Virus record (IMG/VR): IMGVR_UViG_3300025015_000444
Length of the DNA: 20,000 nucleotides
From: an uncultured virus (IMG/VR IMGVR_UViG_3300025015_000444)
Lineage: Duplodnaviria > Heunggongvirae > Uroviricota > Caudoviricetes
Direction: 5' to 3' (one strand)
The position numbers were made by a program, and so were the translations under genes. Positions within the stretch are counted from its first letter, which is position 1. Each line of letters opens with the position of its first letter. Positions 7,602 to 17,411 of this stretch are shown here, one piece after another. A model generated the notes under the pieces. The model did not search any database, was not told the origin of the DNA, and saw only the letters and a list, made by a program, of their open reading frames with translations.

Positions 7602-8536
7602 GTCAGATCCGTCCCCTTCTTGGGTTTTTTCTTGGCCCTGTACTTCTTAGGTTCCTGCTCCCCTTCCACAACCTCACCTAGCTCGGAATGGTATGCAGGA
7701 TTGGTCACAGAGCGTTGTTTGGGTGCTGAAACCGTTTCTGTCTCCTCTTCCTGTTCTGGAACCAACGATTCGACGATGGGACCAACGGCCACTTCTGGAA
7801 CCGACGGTAGGGGGGTTGCAGGGATTGGAGTTGGGTCCCCAAGGGTGTGTTGAGGCCAACCCTGAAGAAAAACAGCGACCGATTCATCGAAGGCCAGATG
7901 TCCTTTAGCTAGACGTTGATCTGGTTGGTCTGCAAGCCACGTTGGCTTGTCAAGAAAGGCCCGGTGTTGAAGGGCTTCCAGGAGCACCTCAGGCATAGCT
8001 ACGTTTCTGGCTGCTTTGACGCCCAATCGGATGACCAACAACGTCGGGGGACCAACCAAACTAACCAAGGCAGCATAGCGACTCGGGGGTTCTGGTTGGG
8101 ATTGTCCTGTTCGCCGTTCGGCTACATCTCCGTCAAGTACGTCTTCTAAGCCTTTGGAGAGCCAGGCATCCATCAGGTCTACGTCACTAATGACCCGGAA
8201 GAAAAATCGGGGTTGCGTCCGACCCAGAACCAAGAAGGCCCGAGCCAGATGTTCCCGAAGAGCCGTCTGACTCCCGGTGATCCATAGATCTTCTTCGTGT
8301 TTCCCCTCCAGGGGGGAGGGTTGTTTGGCGTGTTGTACCTGAGACAGTCCTCGCCAACCCCGTTCCATGTTGGCATAGATGTCCCGGAGACGAACACATT
8401 GGCAGGGTTCTGTGATAGGCACAATGCAATTGGGGGGCATTCGTTCAGGCGGCACCTGAACCACTCCCCGACCATGACACCGGTCACAATCCTGTCGTCC
8501 GTCACCTTGGGGGTAATCTATGTAGCCCACTGTCAC
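7598..8536 (-). CDS. Zinc-finger protein resembling a degenerate DnaC/DnaI-like helicase loader
   Basis: N-terminal CDRCHGRG...PCQC and a later LLEALQHRAFLDKPTWL segment; sits directly upstream of the DnaB-like gene. Start set at GTG 8536 (GTGA overlap with the SNF2 stop). No Walker A lysine seen. Confidence 0.55.
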   Translation of the reverse strand: MTVGYIDYPQGDGRQDCDRCHGRGVVQVPPERMPPNCIVPITEPCQCVRLRDIYANMERGWRGLSQVQHAKQPSPLEGKHEEDLWITGSQTALREHLARAFLVLGRTQPRFFFRVISDVDLMDAWLSKGLEDVLDGDVAERRTGQSQPEPPSRYAALVSLVGPPTLLVIRLGVKAARNVAMPEVLLEALQHRAFLDKPTWLADQPDQRLAKGHLAFDESVAVFLQGWPQHTLGDPTPIPATPLPSVPEVAVGPIVESLVPEQEEETETVSAPKQRSVTNPAYHSELGEVVEGEQEPKKYRAKKKPKKGTDLT

Positions 8537-10257
8537 AGAAGTTGATCCCAATCCGTTACTTGTGAAGGCGTGTCCCACTCCTGTTTGGGTCTGGGGAATA
8601 ATCCACTTGAGTCCGGGTTCGTTTGAGTCCTTTTGGTAGGGGGTGCTTTCATCAAGGCATCTTCCCGCAACGAGGCAAACAGTTCTTGAATGGTGTCCCC
8701 ATCTTGAAGAACCATCGGAGTACAGTCCCCCTTGAAACGCCGACCCAGGGCTGCCTCAATCAAGTGCATCTTCTTCCCCAACACCTGTAATACCCGGTGA
8801 TCCACCGTCTTGGAGAATAAATCGCTTCGGGCAACCAGATGAATGACATGACACACAGTATGTTCGGACCCGATACGGATCATACGGCCAAGCAGTTGAA
8901 GGAAATCACCTGCGGACCAAGGGGTGTCAAGACAGATGAGCAAGTTCGCGGCCTGAAGGTTGATGGCCTCTGACCCGGCTGTTGTGATGCAGATAACCCG
9001 AGTGGGATCATCAGGGTTCAGAAAGGCCGTCTTGGCAGTCTCCCGTTGTCGGTCATTCTCAGAACCCGTGATCCGAACAGCCTTGATCTTGGCTTTGGCC
9101 AACACAGGCATCAAAAGGTCGATCATCTTCCGGAAACGAGTAAATATGATCACCTTAGCATCCGCAAAATCGCCCTCAGTCAATAGGTCAACAATGGCCT
9201 GGATCTTGGGGGAGTCGTCGGGATCTTCGATGTCAAAGAGATCAAGGGAGTTGGCGATCTCCTGACAATAGGTGATGGCGGTGAGCTTGGTCACCTCCTT
9301 GACTACTACCTCGTCCTTTTTGCCAGTCAAATCCAGGAGTCCTGCCAGAGCTTCCTGGTACTTGGTCTCCTGAGCAGGCGTCATGTCTACTTCGAGAATG
9401 ACTGGGGGCAACAGAGCCGGTAGCTCAGAAGCCACCTCGTGTTTAGCCCGACCCAGATAGTAGGCGTCGATTTCCTGTCGAAACTCGGCAATCTTCTGGG
9501 GCAAGTAGCCCACGATGATCGGGACTTGGCGGCCTCGGGCCACGGTCTGAAGTCTGGTGATGGCGTAGTACATCATGAAATTCCGCTCGGTCATCTGAAA
9601 CAGATCCGGCACCACGACCTTGAAAACACCGTAACCCTCCATCAAGTGGTTCTTGATGAGGGTGGCGGTTAGGCCCCAGCAGCGGCTGGCTGAATCTGCC
9701 ATGAATTTGCAGACCTGATGTACTTGAGTCTTGGTGTTTTTGAATACCGTGGCTTCATCACAGATCAAGATGTAATCCTTCCAGGGCTGAATGGCCCGGA
9801 AGTCCTGTACGGCAGTTCGGTACCCTGTGATGAACACCGTGGGTCCGGTTGATTGCTCGAACAGTCGCCGAGCCATGTTGCGAGCAGCCGGTGGTCCCTG
9901 TCCGACAATGACCCGGATACCACGGGTGAACTTGCTGAATTCGTTGGCCCACTGCCGAGTAGCACTCTTGGTTGTCAGAACAACAACCCTGGTGTTAGGA
10001 TCCTTCTCCCAAAGGTAGCAGAGGGCTAGGATGGCCTCCAAAGTTTTTCCGAGTCCAGTGTCATCACCAAGCAGGAACCGTCGCATCACGGCCAGGTGCA
10101 AGACTCCCTGGACCTGGTAATACCGGATAGACAAGGGCCGTTCCTGCCCGCTGAAATCCGTGAATGTGTCCTTGAGATGCTTGAGGGGCTTGAGTTTCAG
10201 ATCGGTTCTGGTTCGCAGTTCTCGGAGCTTTTCATGCGTTTTGAGTTGGTTTGGCAT
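8533..10257 (-). CDS. SNF2-family (SF2) helicase/ATPase
   Basis: YQVQGV, LLGDDTGLGKT, LICDEAT, GLTAT, KVIIFT, AGSEAINLQAAN, QLLGRMIRIG. Confidence 0.92.
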   Translation of the reverse strand: MPNQLKTHEKLRELRTRTDLKLKPLKHLKDTFTDFSGQERPLSIRYYQVQGVLHLAVMRRFLLGDDTGLGKTLEAILALCYLWEKDPNTRVVVLTTKSATRQWANEFSKFTRGIRVIVGQGPPAARNMARRLFEQSTGPTVFITGYRTAVQDFRAIQPWKDYILICDEATVFKNTKTQVHQVCKFMADSASRCWGLTATLIKNHLMEGYGVFKVVVPDLFQMTERNFMMYYAITRLQTVARGRQVPIIVGYLPQKIAEFRQEIDAYYLGRAKHEVASELPALLPPVILEVDMTPAQETKYQEALAGLLDLTGKKDEVVVKEVTKLTAITYCQEIANSLDLFDIEDPDDSPKIQAIVDLLTEGDFADAKVIIFTRFRKMIDLLMPVLAKAKIKAVRITGSENDRQRETAKTAFLNPDDPTRVICITTAGSEAINLQAANLLICLDTPWSAGDFLQLLGRMIRIGSEHTVCHVIHLVARSDLFSKTVDHRVLQVLGKKMHLIEAALGRRFKGDCTPMVLQDGDTIQELFASLREDALMKAPPTKRTQTNPDSSGLFPRPKQEWDTPSQVTDWDQLL

Positions 10258-10300
10258 CGGGACTCCTCACCTCCCATCCTCTTACCCGAATGGACAGAAC

Positions 10301-10924
10301 TCAGAGCCAGTGGATGAAGTCCAACACGCGGTCGAGTAACTGGGTGTGGTCCTCGATACGACCAGGGTTGTTACGGGCAACCTGACGTAGCTTCAGAAGG
10401 AGTTTCGTAGCCGAATCCGTTGCCGGGATCTTCAAGATCTTCTCGACCTCTGGGGCGAATGCCTTGACCTTCTGGCCGAGTCCTCGCCAGAGGATGTCTC
10501 GCAGGGGCTTGTCTGCCCAGACGGCTAACCCCAGGATCACCTGGTCCATTACGGCTTCGGCGTCGGCAAAATCGGGTACCTGGAGTCCCCGTTGGTAGCT
10601 CGGGGTTTTCCCGGCCGTGTTCATGATCCGGAGGGCCATTTTGAGGCTCTCCTCCTGATCCGGAGTCATGGACGGCCAGAATTCCTTGCTTTCCATCAGG
10701 GTGAAGAACACGTAGGGAAGATACTTGGCCGGTACCCGTGCTTTCTGCATCTGATTCCGGACCTCGGCCACAACGGTGTCCCCGTGGCCCAGGATGAAAT
10801 CCATGATGGCTGTCCCCATCTGGGTGACGATGTTGGCCAGACGTTCCCCGGTCTTGTCCCCCACTGGATGACCGTACATGCGTTCGTAAAAGGCTTCCCA
10901 GTCTACCTCTCGTGGGTCGATCAC
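10301..10924 (-). CDS. Hypothetical protein, 207 aa, predicted helical
   Basis: GTGA overlap with the upstream gene; protein-like composition. Confidence 0.75.
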   Translation of the reverse strand: MIDPREVDWEAFYERMYGHPVGDKTGERLANIVTQMGTAIMDFILGHGDTVVAEVRNQMQKARVPAKYLPYVFFTLMESKEFWPSMTPDQEESLKMALRIMNTAGKTPSYQRGLQVPDFADAEAVMDQVILGLAVWADKPLRDILWRGLGQKVKAFAPEVEKILKIPATDSATKLLLKLRQVARNNPGRIEDHTQLLDRVLDFIHWL

Positions 10925-11703
10925 GAAGCCCCCTGAATGTCCACAACCAACCGACCTGGTTCCCCGGTCAGGAACAATGTAGCCCCCTGTTGGGTTCGTA
11001 TAACCTGAACACCGCCATGAGCTTGCAACACTATTTGCCGACCTGGCACTGCCAGATGTCCAACTTGTTGTTCTTGCGAGGAAAACCGAGCCAGGGCAGG
11101 GGTCTGGGCAGCAAGTACCCCGGCAATCTTGTCCAAAGAGTTCTGACCATGACCTGCCATGGTCAAGGCATCAGCAGTTCGCATCCCAATCTGCCCGTCG
11201 ATTGGGCCACAGTTGTAGCCTAAACGGTGTAACTGGGCCTGCACAAATCGTTCAAGGGGATGGTCCCCTTTCCAGCAACCTGCATCTGTTTGGGCTGCAC
11301 AGCACAAAGAAGGCCAGGCCAGATGCCCGCGACCTTCAGCCAGAAGCCTGTCTACTACGGTCTGCCAAGGACCATAGAAATGGAACACCTGACTGTCTGA
11401 ACGACCCGTCACAGGAAAGCGTTGAGCCGGAGTGAAACCCAAAGGCACGGCATGTCCCCATAGCGCATTGAGGGCGGCTTCTTTCGTGTATGTCCCATCA
11501 CGTTCCAAAGCGAGATGTATCTCCCTACCTGCGGGGATCAAGCTCAGAGGATCTGCCTCCACAACAGGAGACGGCCCTGTTAGTTTCGAGCGCCACCCCA
11601 AAGGGTCCACTCGTGTAGCCAAGACCCGCAGAGCCTCCGCCACATCCGGTGCCAGAATCAATCCTCGATAGTTGCTGAGCGCCAGTCGCCTCATTGGCCC
11701 CAC
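10921..11703 (-). CDS. Protein with a peptidoglycan-binding (PG_binding_1-like) domain
   Basis: VQAQLHRLGYNCGPIDGQIGMRTADAL matches the PGBD signature. The start may be ATG 11694. Confidence 0.65.
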   Translation of the reverse strand: MGPMRRLALSNYRGLILAPDVAEALRVLATRVDPLGWRSKLTGPSPVVEADPLSLIPAGREIHLALERDGTYTKEAALNALWGHAVPLGFTPAQRFPVTGRSDSQVFHFYGPWQTVVDRLLAEGRGHLAWPSLCCAAQTDAGCWKGDHPLERFVQAQLHRLGYNCGPIDGQIGMRTADALTMAGHGQNSLDKIAGVLAAQTPALARFSSQEQQVGHLAVPGRQIVLQAHGGVQVIRTQQGATLFLTGEPGRLVVDIQGAS

Positions 11704-11728
11704 CTACCCTAGCGGTTCAATAGCCCCC

Positions 11729-12085
11729 TTACCGGACGGGTTCTTCAACCACAAAACAAGGCTTCTTGGCCTCCTTAGCGAGCTTGATTGTATGGGCCGT
11801 TCCTCGGGAGGTCTTGTCCCAGAAGGCGAGAATCCTATCCGCCGTTTGGACAATCTGCTTGTTTCGAACCATCCCCGCCCCCCGACCCAAGCCTTTCCAA
11901 TCAGCCAAGTAGACCTCAACAATCAAGCCCAACCGTCGAGCCTCTTCTTCGGCCCAGGTATCCACCCCTCGGGCACCTCCACTCACGATGATGGTCGTGG
12001 GATCCCTGGCCGCAATTTTCCGAACCGCTTCTCGTACCAGGTCGGGTCGGGAAAAGTCTCGGGATCCTACGATGGCTATTTTCAT
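11729..12085 (-). CDS. SLOG-superfamily (YspA/DUF2493-like) protein
   Basis: KIAIVGSRDF, IVSGGARGVD, ADW...GRGAGMVRN, AFWD..SRGT. Confidence 0.9.
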   Translation of the reverse strand: MKIAIVGSRDFSRPDLVREAVRKIAARDPTTIIVSGGARGVDTWAEEEARRLGLIVEVYLADWKGLGRGAGMVRNKQIVQTADRILAFWDKTSRGTAHTIKLAKEAKKPCFVVEEPVR

Positions 12086-12804
12086 ACGTCCACAACCAGT
12101 TCCTCGGAAAAGGCTGGGTTGAGTTCCTGTCCTAGATACCCGAAGGGGTTGTTGAGCACACGGGTCTCGCCCAGCATGTGATCACACGATCCGTGGGAAT
12201 GACCATGGATCCAGAGCTTTGGCTTTCGTTGCAGAATGAGTCCGGTGAGATCTGTCACGAAGAAAGCATTGAGCGGCGACCCCCGGAATTCTTTGGACAC
12301 ACTGACATACGTGGGGAGATGGTGCGTGACCACCACATCCCCTGCCCGAAGGTTCTTTTGGAAGAAGCGAATGGACCTGGCATTATCCGCGAACACCCAG
12401 TCTGTGAAGCCGTAGATGTGACTGAAATCGGATAAGGATGACCGATAGGGCAAGGCTTTGGGGTTTTCGGGGAACCAGAGAGTATTCCCCAGGATTCGTA
12501 CCCCTTCAAGCTCAAGGATCTGGTCTTGCAGAACGTGCAGGTTGGAGTGTTGCCGAGCCACAAAGGCCAGGACTTTCTCAACCCCTTCCTTGGTAGCCCC
12601 GTAAAATTCGTGGTTGCCTGGGGTATAGACCACCTGTGCCCATCGAGCACACAAGATAGAGAAAACCTCTGCCAGGGTCGAAACGGTTCCCAGATCCCCG
12701 GCCACTACCAGAGTAGGGGCCAAAACGGGTAGAGTCCTACAGAAGGAGACACCATGATCACGGTGCCATTCCGTATGGAGGTCGCTGATGACTTGGAGCT
12801 TCAT
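12082..12804 (-). CDS. Calcineurin-like metallophosphoesterase
   Basis: SDLH, AGD, PGNHE, THH and HGHSH motifs. Confidence 0.93.
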   Translation of the reverse strand: MKLQVISDLHTEWHRDHGVSFCRTLPVLAPTLVVAGDLGTVSTLAEVFSILCARWAQVVYTPGNHEFYGATKEGVEKVLAFVARQHSNLHVLQDQILELEGVRILGNTLWFPENPKALPYRSSLSDFSHIYGFTDWVFADNARSIRFFQKNLRAGDVVVTHHLPTYVSVSKEFRGSPLNAFFVTDLTGLILQRKPKLWIHGHSHGSCDHMLGETRVLNNPFGYLGQELNPAFSEELVVDV

Positions 12805-12910
12805 GGTCTATCTACCCCGGTGAGGGATCCACCTAAACATCCGGGTCAATAAACAGGTTATGCACTCCCCCGAGTGAACCCGGTGGACCAGAACCCCAGG
12901 AGTACGCATC

Positions 12911-15900
12911 ATGAATCTTGATCGAAAGGTCGCCAAACGCTATCTGAGGAAGATCGCCATTGAGGCCCCGGCCTCTCCTGTCTCTGGACCTCCGGAGAAA
13001 GAGATTCTTCCCACTCGGTTGGTAGACCTGATCAACTTGGCAGTGGCCTTTGATGCTTACCTGACCTGGTTGGAACAACAGGGTATCGACCTGGACTCGT
13101 TGGCCCAGCAAGGGACGGTTCTGGTCCGCCGGTTCCTCCCATCGCTTCAACTCGGGGTCACCCAACACTTTGCGCCCATCATGGAACGACCCGAAGCCTC
13201 GATACTTCGCACAAAATGGCAACGAGCACAACTTCCTGGCACTCCTCCAGATATAGCTCGCCGACTGGCCAGCTACTTCCAAATGCTTCTCCCCTGGTTG
13301 AAGATTCATCATGGGGTCTTCCAAGACATCTTCTCTGGTCGGTCGGCCAAAACCATTCGGGATCTGGTCGTAGTCGTTCAGGAAGAAAATCCCGCAGCTT
13401 GTCTCAACAAGGCGGCTGCCCTGGCCCCCATCTCGGGTCTCACCATGCCCCGCAAATGGATAGAAGAAGCTGCCCAAGCCGCCGGAGCACCTTTGACAGC
13501 CGGAGAGGCTGCCATCACCGACGGACAAACAGCCCAGAATCTCGGAGAAGATCTCCAAACAGTTGAGTCCAAGATTGGGGTGGTCACTCAAGGCACCCCA
13601 GAAGCCGCCGCTCTTCAGGAAGAACGCACCAACCTGGTTGCCCAGATTCACCAGGTTGCTCAGGAATCAGCCAGTCCCAGTGTGGTTCTCGCAACCGCCA
13701 CATCGGCTACCCGAACCACGCCCCGGTCTGGAGTCATTCAACGCTTTGGCCTCACGGACGAACAGGCCGAAGTCGTGCAGGCAATGGGCAAGGTTCTGGT
13801 TGCTGCCGGGGCGGGCAGTGGCAAGACCCAAACGATAGTAGCCACCATTGCCTCTCTGGTGGAGGAAAAGGGCTATGCCCCGGCTCAGATCCTGACATGT
13901 AGCTTTACTCGGGCAGCCTCAGCCGAACTCGGTTCTCGTTTGGATGCCGCTGGGGTTGGTGGAGTGGACTCTGGAACGACCCATCATGTCGCCCGGGGCA
14001 TCATTGAACGCAACCGCCCCAATCTGGTACCCGCGATGCGGAACACCCGAGGGGCCGATAAATGCTTCAAGATGGCCATGATTCAAGTTCAGATGGACGT
14101 GGCCGGGTTCCAGAGACAGATGGAAGAAGGCAAAGCTGTCCTTCAACGAATCGAATCTATCCCCGGTTGGCGAAGCATCGAGATTCTCAAGTCGTTTCAT
14201 GACCAAGTAGGTCGGGGTCGGTCCCTCTCTGAAAAACAACTCGCGGTTCTCCCCAAGTTTGAACGTGGTGGTGGAAGTGGCGGTTGGGGAGGTGGTTCTC
14301 GACGCCCCTACCGACGTTGGGCGGCTGAAGAAGAGGATTCTGGAGGGGCCGACCGACGGTCCAAGTATTGGTCTGCCCCCATCGGCGAATGGTTCAACCT
14401 CGGCAAGCCTCTCCTGGATGAAAAGGGTGGCAAAATGGGTCCGAAACGGGCCTTGCTTGCCGTGGATAACTACAAGAACTCCGGAATAGGTGTTGACCAA
14501 GCCCGTGCAACCAACGGAGACACCCCCATAGTAGCCCTCTATGCCGCCTATGAGTGGCTCAAAAAGAACGACCCCGTGTTCGGTCCGGCTATGGACTACA
14601 CGGACCAGCTTCAAATCTCCCTGGAAATTCTGGAAACCGACCCGGCCGCCCGAGCCGCAGAACAGGGCAGATATCGCTGCATCCTCGTGGACGAAGCCCA
14701 GGACCTAAACGAAACACAATTCAAGATGTTCCAACTTCTCGGTAAGTCTGCGGATTTACTGAGCTTCATCGGAGATGACCGTCAGAGCATCTACGGCTTC
14801 CGGGGGGCAAGGCCGCAGAACTACACGGCTTTATCTAAAGACCCTGCCTTCCAGACGAAATTGATGACCACCAATTTCCGAAGCGGCAAAGCCATTGTGG
14901 ATGCGGCTGAGAAACTCATTGCCTATAACGAGGATCGCCAAGTCCCGAAAGTTTGTCGGTCACATGACCGTCGAGGGGTTGGCTCTATCCGGGCCAAGGA
15001 TCCCTTGACCCATGAGGAGGGGGCGGCAACAGTAGCCCAAGAGATCGCCGATGCTGTGGCAGCCGGGGAGTCTCCCGCAGACTTCGGTGTCTTGGTACGC
15101 AACAATGCCGAAGCGGATGCCTACAATCTGGCTCTCATTGCCCGGGGCATTCCTTACCGAACCCTCAAGAAGGAACAAGGGGGCTACTTCGGTAAACCCG
15201 TCGTCAAAGCCCTGACCGCCTGGCTCCGTTTGATTGTGGGCGGCTCGGATGCTGAGATCAATGATGCTGTAATCGAGGCCCATCAGACCCCCGGCTTCGG
15301 TCTGGACAAGCAATTTGCCACCTATCTCGGCCGTCAGGTACGTGGGTCGAACTATCTGGACTGGATTTCCGCCGCGAAACCGGTCTATCAGGGTCCGGCA
15401 GCCTGGATGGACAAGAGAGTGGCCGAGTACATGAACACCATCCGACAGGTCCGGCTTCAAGGACAAGGGGATTCATCAGCCCTAATCCAGGCCATTCTGG
15501 GGCTGAGAGGAAACAAGAGCACTTTCATCGAAACACTTATGAAGTTCGTGGACGAGGATGACGTAATCGAGGATGAGGGTGAGGAAGCCGGGGAAGAAGC
15601 TATCAGAAACGCGGCTCTGGCTCCGGTTCGACCCCTCATGACCATGGCTGAGAATTTCCCTGACCCGGCCAACATGTTGCTTTTCATTGCCAAGATGAAA
15701 GGGGCTAACGAGAAAGCCCAGAAAAAGACCCCCCAGGATAAAGAAGACTGGAAAGAACCTGCCGTTCTGGTGGGCACCGTTCATGGCTGGAAAGGACTCC
15801 AGGCCAAACATGTCTACGTGTGCATGGCCGGAGGAGTGTTTCCCAACTTCCGGTCTGACCAGAAAGCTGAGGAACAAACCCTTGCGGGGGAACCCGTTAC

Positions 15901-16180
15901 AGCCTATGACGAGGAACGTCGGCTGGCTTATGTGGCAATCACTCGGGGTATGGACTCCTCTACAGTTATCTCTCCCCATGCAAACTACAATGGCAAGCCC
16001 GCTATAACCAGCCGTTTCATTGGTGAAGCCTGTATCCAGACAGTGGGTGAGGCCCAACAGGAACAAGAGGAACAACTGGTGGAGACAGCCAAGACAGCCA
16101 GTTTCTCTTTCGGGGCTGACCTGGCAACGGCCTTTGAGCAAGGACCAGTTCAATTTGATCTGTTTGGCCTGGAGGGGTAG
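12911..16180 (+). CDS. UvrD/Rep/PcrA-family SF1 helicase with a ~275-aa N-terminal extension and an internal insert
   Basis: LTDEQ, AGAGSGKT, SFTRAAS, LVDEAQD, IGDDRQSIYGFRGA, NFRS, LVRNN, TVHGWKGLQ, EERRLAYVAITRG; AGGAG RBS. Confidence 0.93.
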   Translation: MNLDRKVAKRYLRKIAIEAPASPVSGPPEKEILPTRLVDLINLAVAFDAYLTWLEQQGIDLDSLAQQGTVLVRRFLPSLQLGVTQHFAPIMERPEASILRTKWQRAQLPGTPPDIARRLASYFQMLLPWLKIHHGVFQDIFSGRSAKTIRDLVVVVQEENPAACLNKAAALAPISGLTMPRKWIEEAAQAAGAPLTAGEAAITDGQTAQNLGEDLQTVESKIGVVTQGTPEAAALQEERTNLVAQIHQVAQESASPSVVLATATSATRTTPRSGVIQRFGLTDEQAEVVQAMGKVLVAAGAGSGKTQTIVATIASLVEEKGYAPAQILTCSFTRAASAELGSRLDAAGVGGVDSGTTHHVARGIIERNRPNLVPAMRNTRGADKCFKMAMIQVQMDVAGFQRQMEEGKAVLQRIESIPGWRSIEILKSFHDQVGRGRSLSEKQLAVLPKFERGGGSGGWGGGSRRPYRRWAAEEEDSGGADRRSKYWSAPIGEWFNLGKPLLDEKGGKMGPKRALLAVDNYKNSGIGVDQARATNGDTPIVALYAAYEWLKKNDPVFGPAMDYTDQLQISLEILETDPAARAAEQGRYRCILVDEAQDLNETQFKMFQLLGKSADLLSFIGDDRQSIYGFRGARPQNYTALSKDPAFQTKLMTTNFRSGKAIVDAAEKLIAYNEDRQVPKVCRSHDRRGVGSIRAKDPLTHEEGAATVAQEIADAVAAGESPADFGVLVRNNAEADAYNLALIARGIPYRTLKKEQGGYFGKPVVKALTAWLRLIVGGSDAEINDAVIEAHQTPGFGLDKQFATYLGRQVRGSNYLDWISAAKPVYQGPAAWMDKRVAEYMNTIRQVRLQGQGDSSALIQAILGLRGNKSTFIETLMKFVDEDDVIEDEGEEAGEEAIRNAALAPVRPLMTMAENFPDPANMLLFIAKMKGANEKAQKKTPQDKEDWKEPAVLVGTVHGWKGLQAKHVYVCMAGGVFPNFRSDQKAEEQTLAGEPVTAYDEERRLAYVAITRGMDSSTVISPHANYNGKPAITSRFIGEACIQTVGEAQQEQEEQLVETAKTASFSFGADLATAFEQGPVQFDLFGLEG

Positions 16181-16185
16181 GGCTG

Positions 16186-17325
16186 ATGGCAAGCACTTAC
16201 GTCAGAATCACCCGTGACGAACTGGAAGACTGGCTCAACACCCTGCACCTGGCTGACAAGTGGTACCGGGCAGAAAACAAGGCCGGAGTCTATATGCTCC
16301 CCTTCTCTGACCTTTGTGCCGTCAAGCTCTCCAGTACCATTGGGTCCAAAGACGATGCCATGGGTCGCGGCATGGCTTCCATGCAACTTGCTTTGGTTTC
16401 TCGTGTCACCGGCAAGGTACTCAACAAGAAGGCTCAGGGACAATCCCATTTCGCCCGAACGACCAACTGGAAAAAGAACTGGCAGGATGGGGTTGAACGA
16501 ATGAAAGACGCCTACGAAGCCTCCCAGAGTTTCTACGAGGCTCTTGCCCCCATCGAAGACCGGGTCAAATATCAAACCGACCTGCTCACCAAAATCGAAA
16601 GTCACCCCGACTGGCGGAGCCACCCTGTTCTCTCCGTGTTGTACCAGAAGGTTGAGAAGGGTGGGATTCTGATCGACCGGGAACTTAAACAGATTGAGGT
16701 TGCTTTGGGAGCACCCCATTCGACCCCTGCACAGGCTGAATCCCTTGTGGATTCCATGGTCAACAAGGATTCGGAAACCGAAGCCCTTCTGACCCGGATG
16801 CGTAATCTCTATATGATAGCCAAACGGTCAGGGGATCAGTGGCTTCAGGAGTTCCTCACCAACGTGGCTCAGCAAATCAAGGCTGGACGCAAACCCACTC
16901 CGAAACAACAGGGGGTCTTGGATCAGAATCTGGCTCGGCATCGGTTGGCTTGTCGTCGGATGGTTCATGCGATCTTGGTCTCCACCGACTTTTCCACCAC
17001 CCCCATGTCCAAACCCACAGCAGTTCGCAAGCTCTACAAGATCCTCGGACGTTCCACAGCCGGATTTTTCTCTGATGAGTCCTGGCAAGCAGTTCACAAG
17101 GTCTTTGACCTTCTCAAGCAAGCCGGGGTTTACTACACCCTCACCCGTACCGAGTACCAAAAGAACGACCAGGGAGTCCCTAGCAGCAAGACCTGGTGGC
17201 TTGAGGTGTCCTTCTTGAACCCCGCCGGAAAAGAGCAGACTATACACAGCTACATCGTGGCTGCCGGAGCCGGATCGGTACGGGATCCACTGGACCGATA
17301 TGACTTGACCGTGGTTTTCAACTAA
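16186..17325 (+). CDS. Hypothetical multi-domain protein, 379 aa
   Basis: Long ORF starting 5 nt after the UvrD stop; its middle contains two segments similar to the UvrD insert. Confidence 0.8.
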   Translation: MASTYVRITRDELEDWLNTLHLADKWYRAENKAGVYMLPFSDLCAVKLSSTIGSKDDAMGRGMASMQLALVSRVTGKVLNKKAQGQSHFARTTNWKKNWQDGVERMKDAYEASQSFYEALAPIEDRVKYQTDLLTKIESHPDWRSHPVLSVLYQKVEKGGILIDRELKQIEVALGAPHSTPAQAESLVDSMVNKDSETEALLTRMRNLYMIAKRSGDQWLQEFLTNVAQQIKAGRKPTPKQQGVLDQNLARHRLACRRMVHAILVSTDFSTTPMSKPTAVRKLYKILGRSTAGFFSDESWQAVHKVFDLLKQAGVYYTLTRTEYQKNDQGVPSSKTWWLEVSFLNPAGKEQTIHSYIVAAGAGSVRDPLDRYDLTVVFN

Positions 17326-17411
17326 TCTTGGGGGCAACGCCCAGATCGGGGGTCGGTAACTGCTCTATAGGTCTTTCTCAATGACCCCATAACGGGGGGA
17401 AGGAAAATGAA

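Noticed and set aside
8537..8578. ORF-track start at 8578
   Set aside because: It would overlap the SNF2 gene by 46 nt. GTG at 8536 gives the 4-nt overlap used throughout the operon.
12833..17337. Long antisense ORFs (12833-13651, 13919-14614, 15482-16192, 16150-16719, 16828-17337) and other shadow ORFs such as 7152-7853
   Set aside because: They lie opposite well-supported genes in GC-rich DNA and carry no recognisable motifs.
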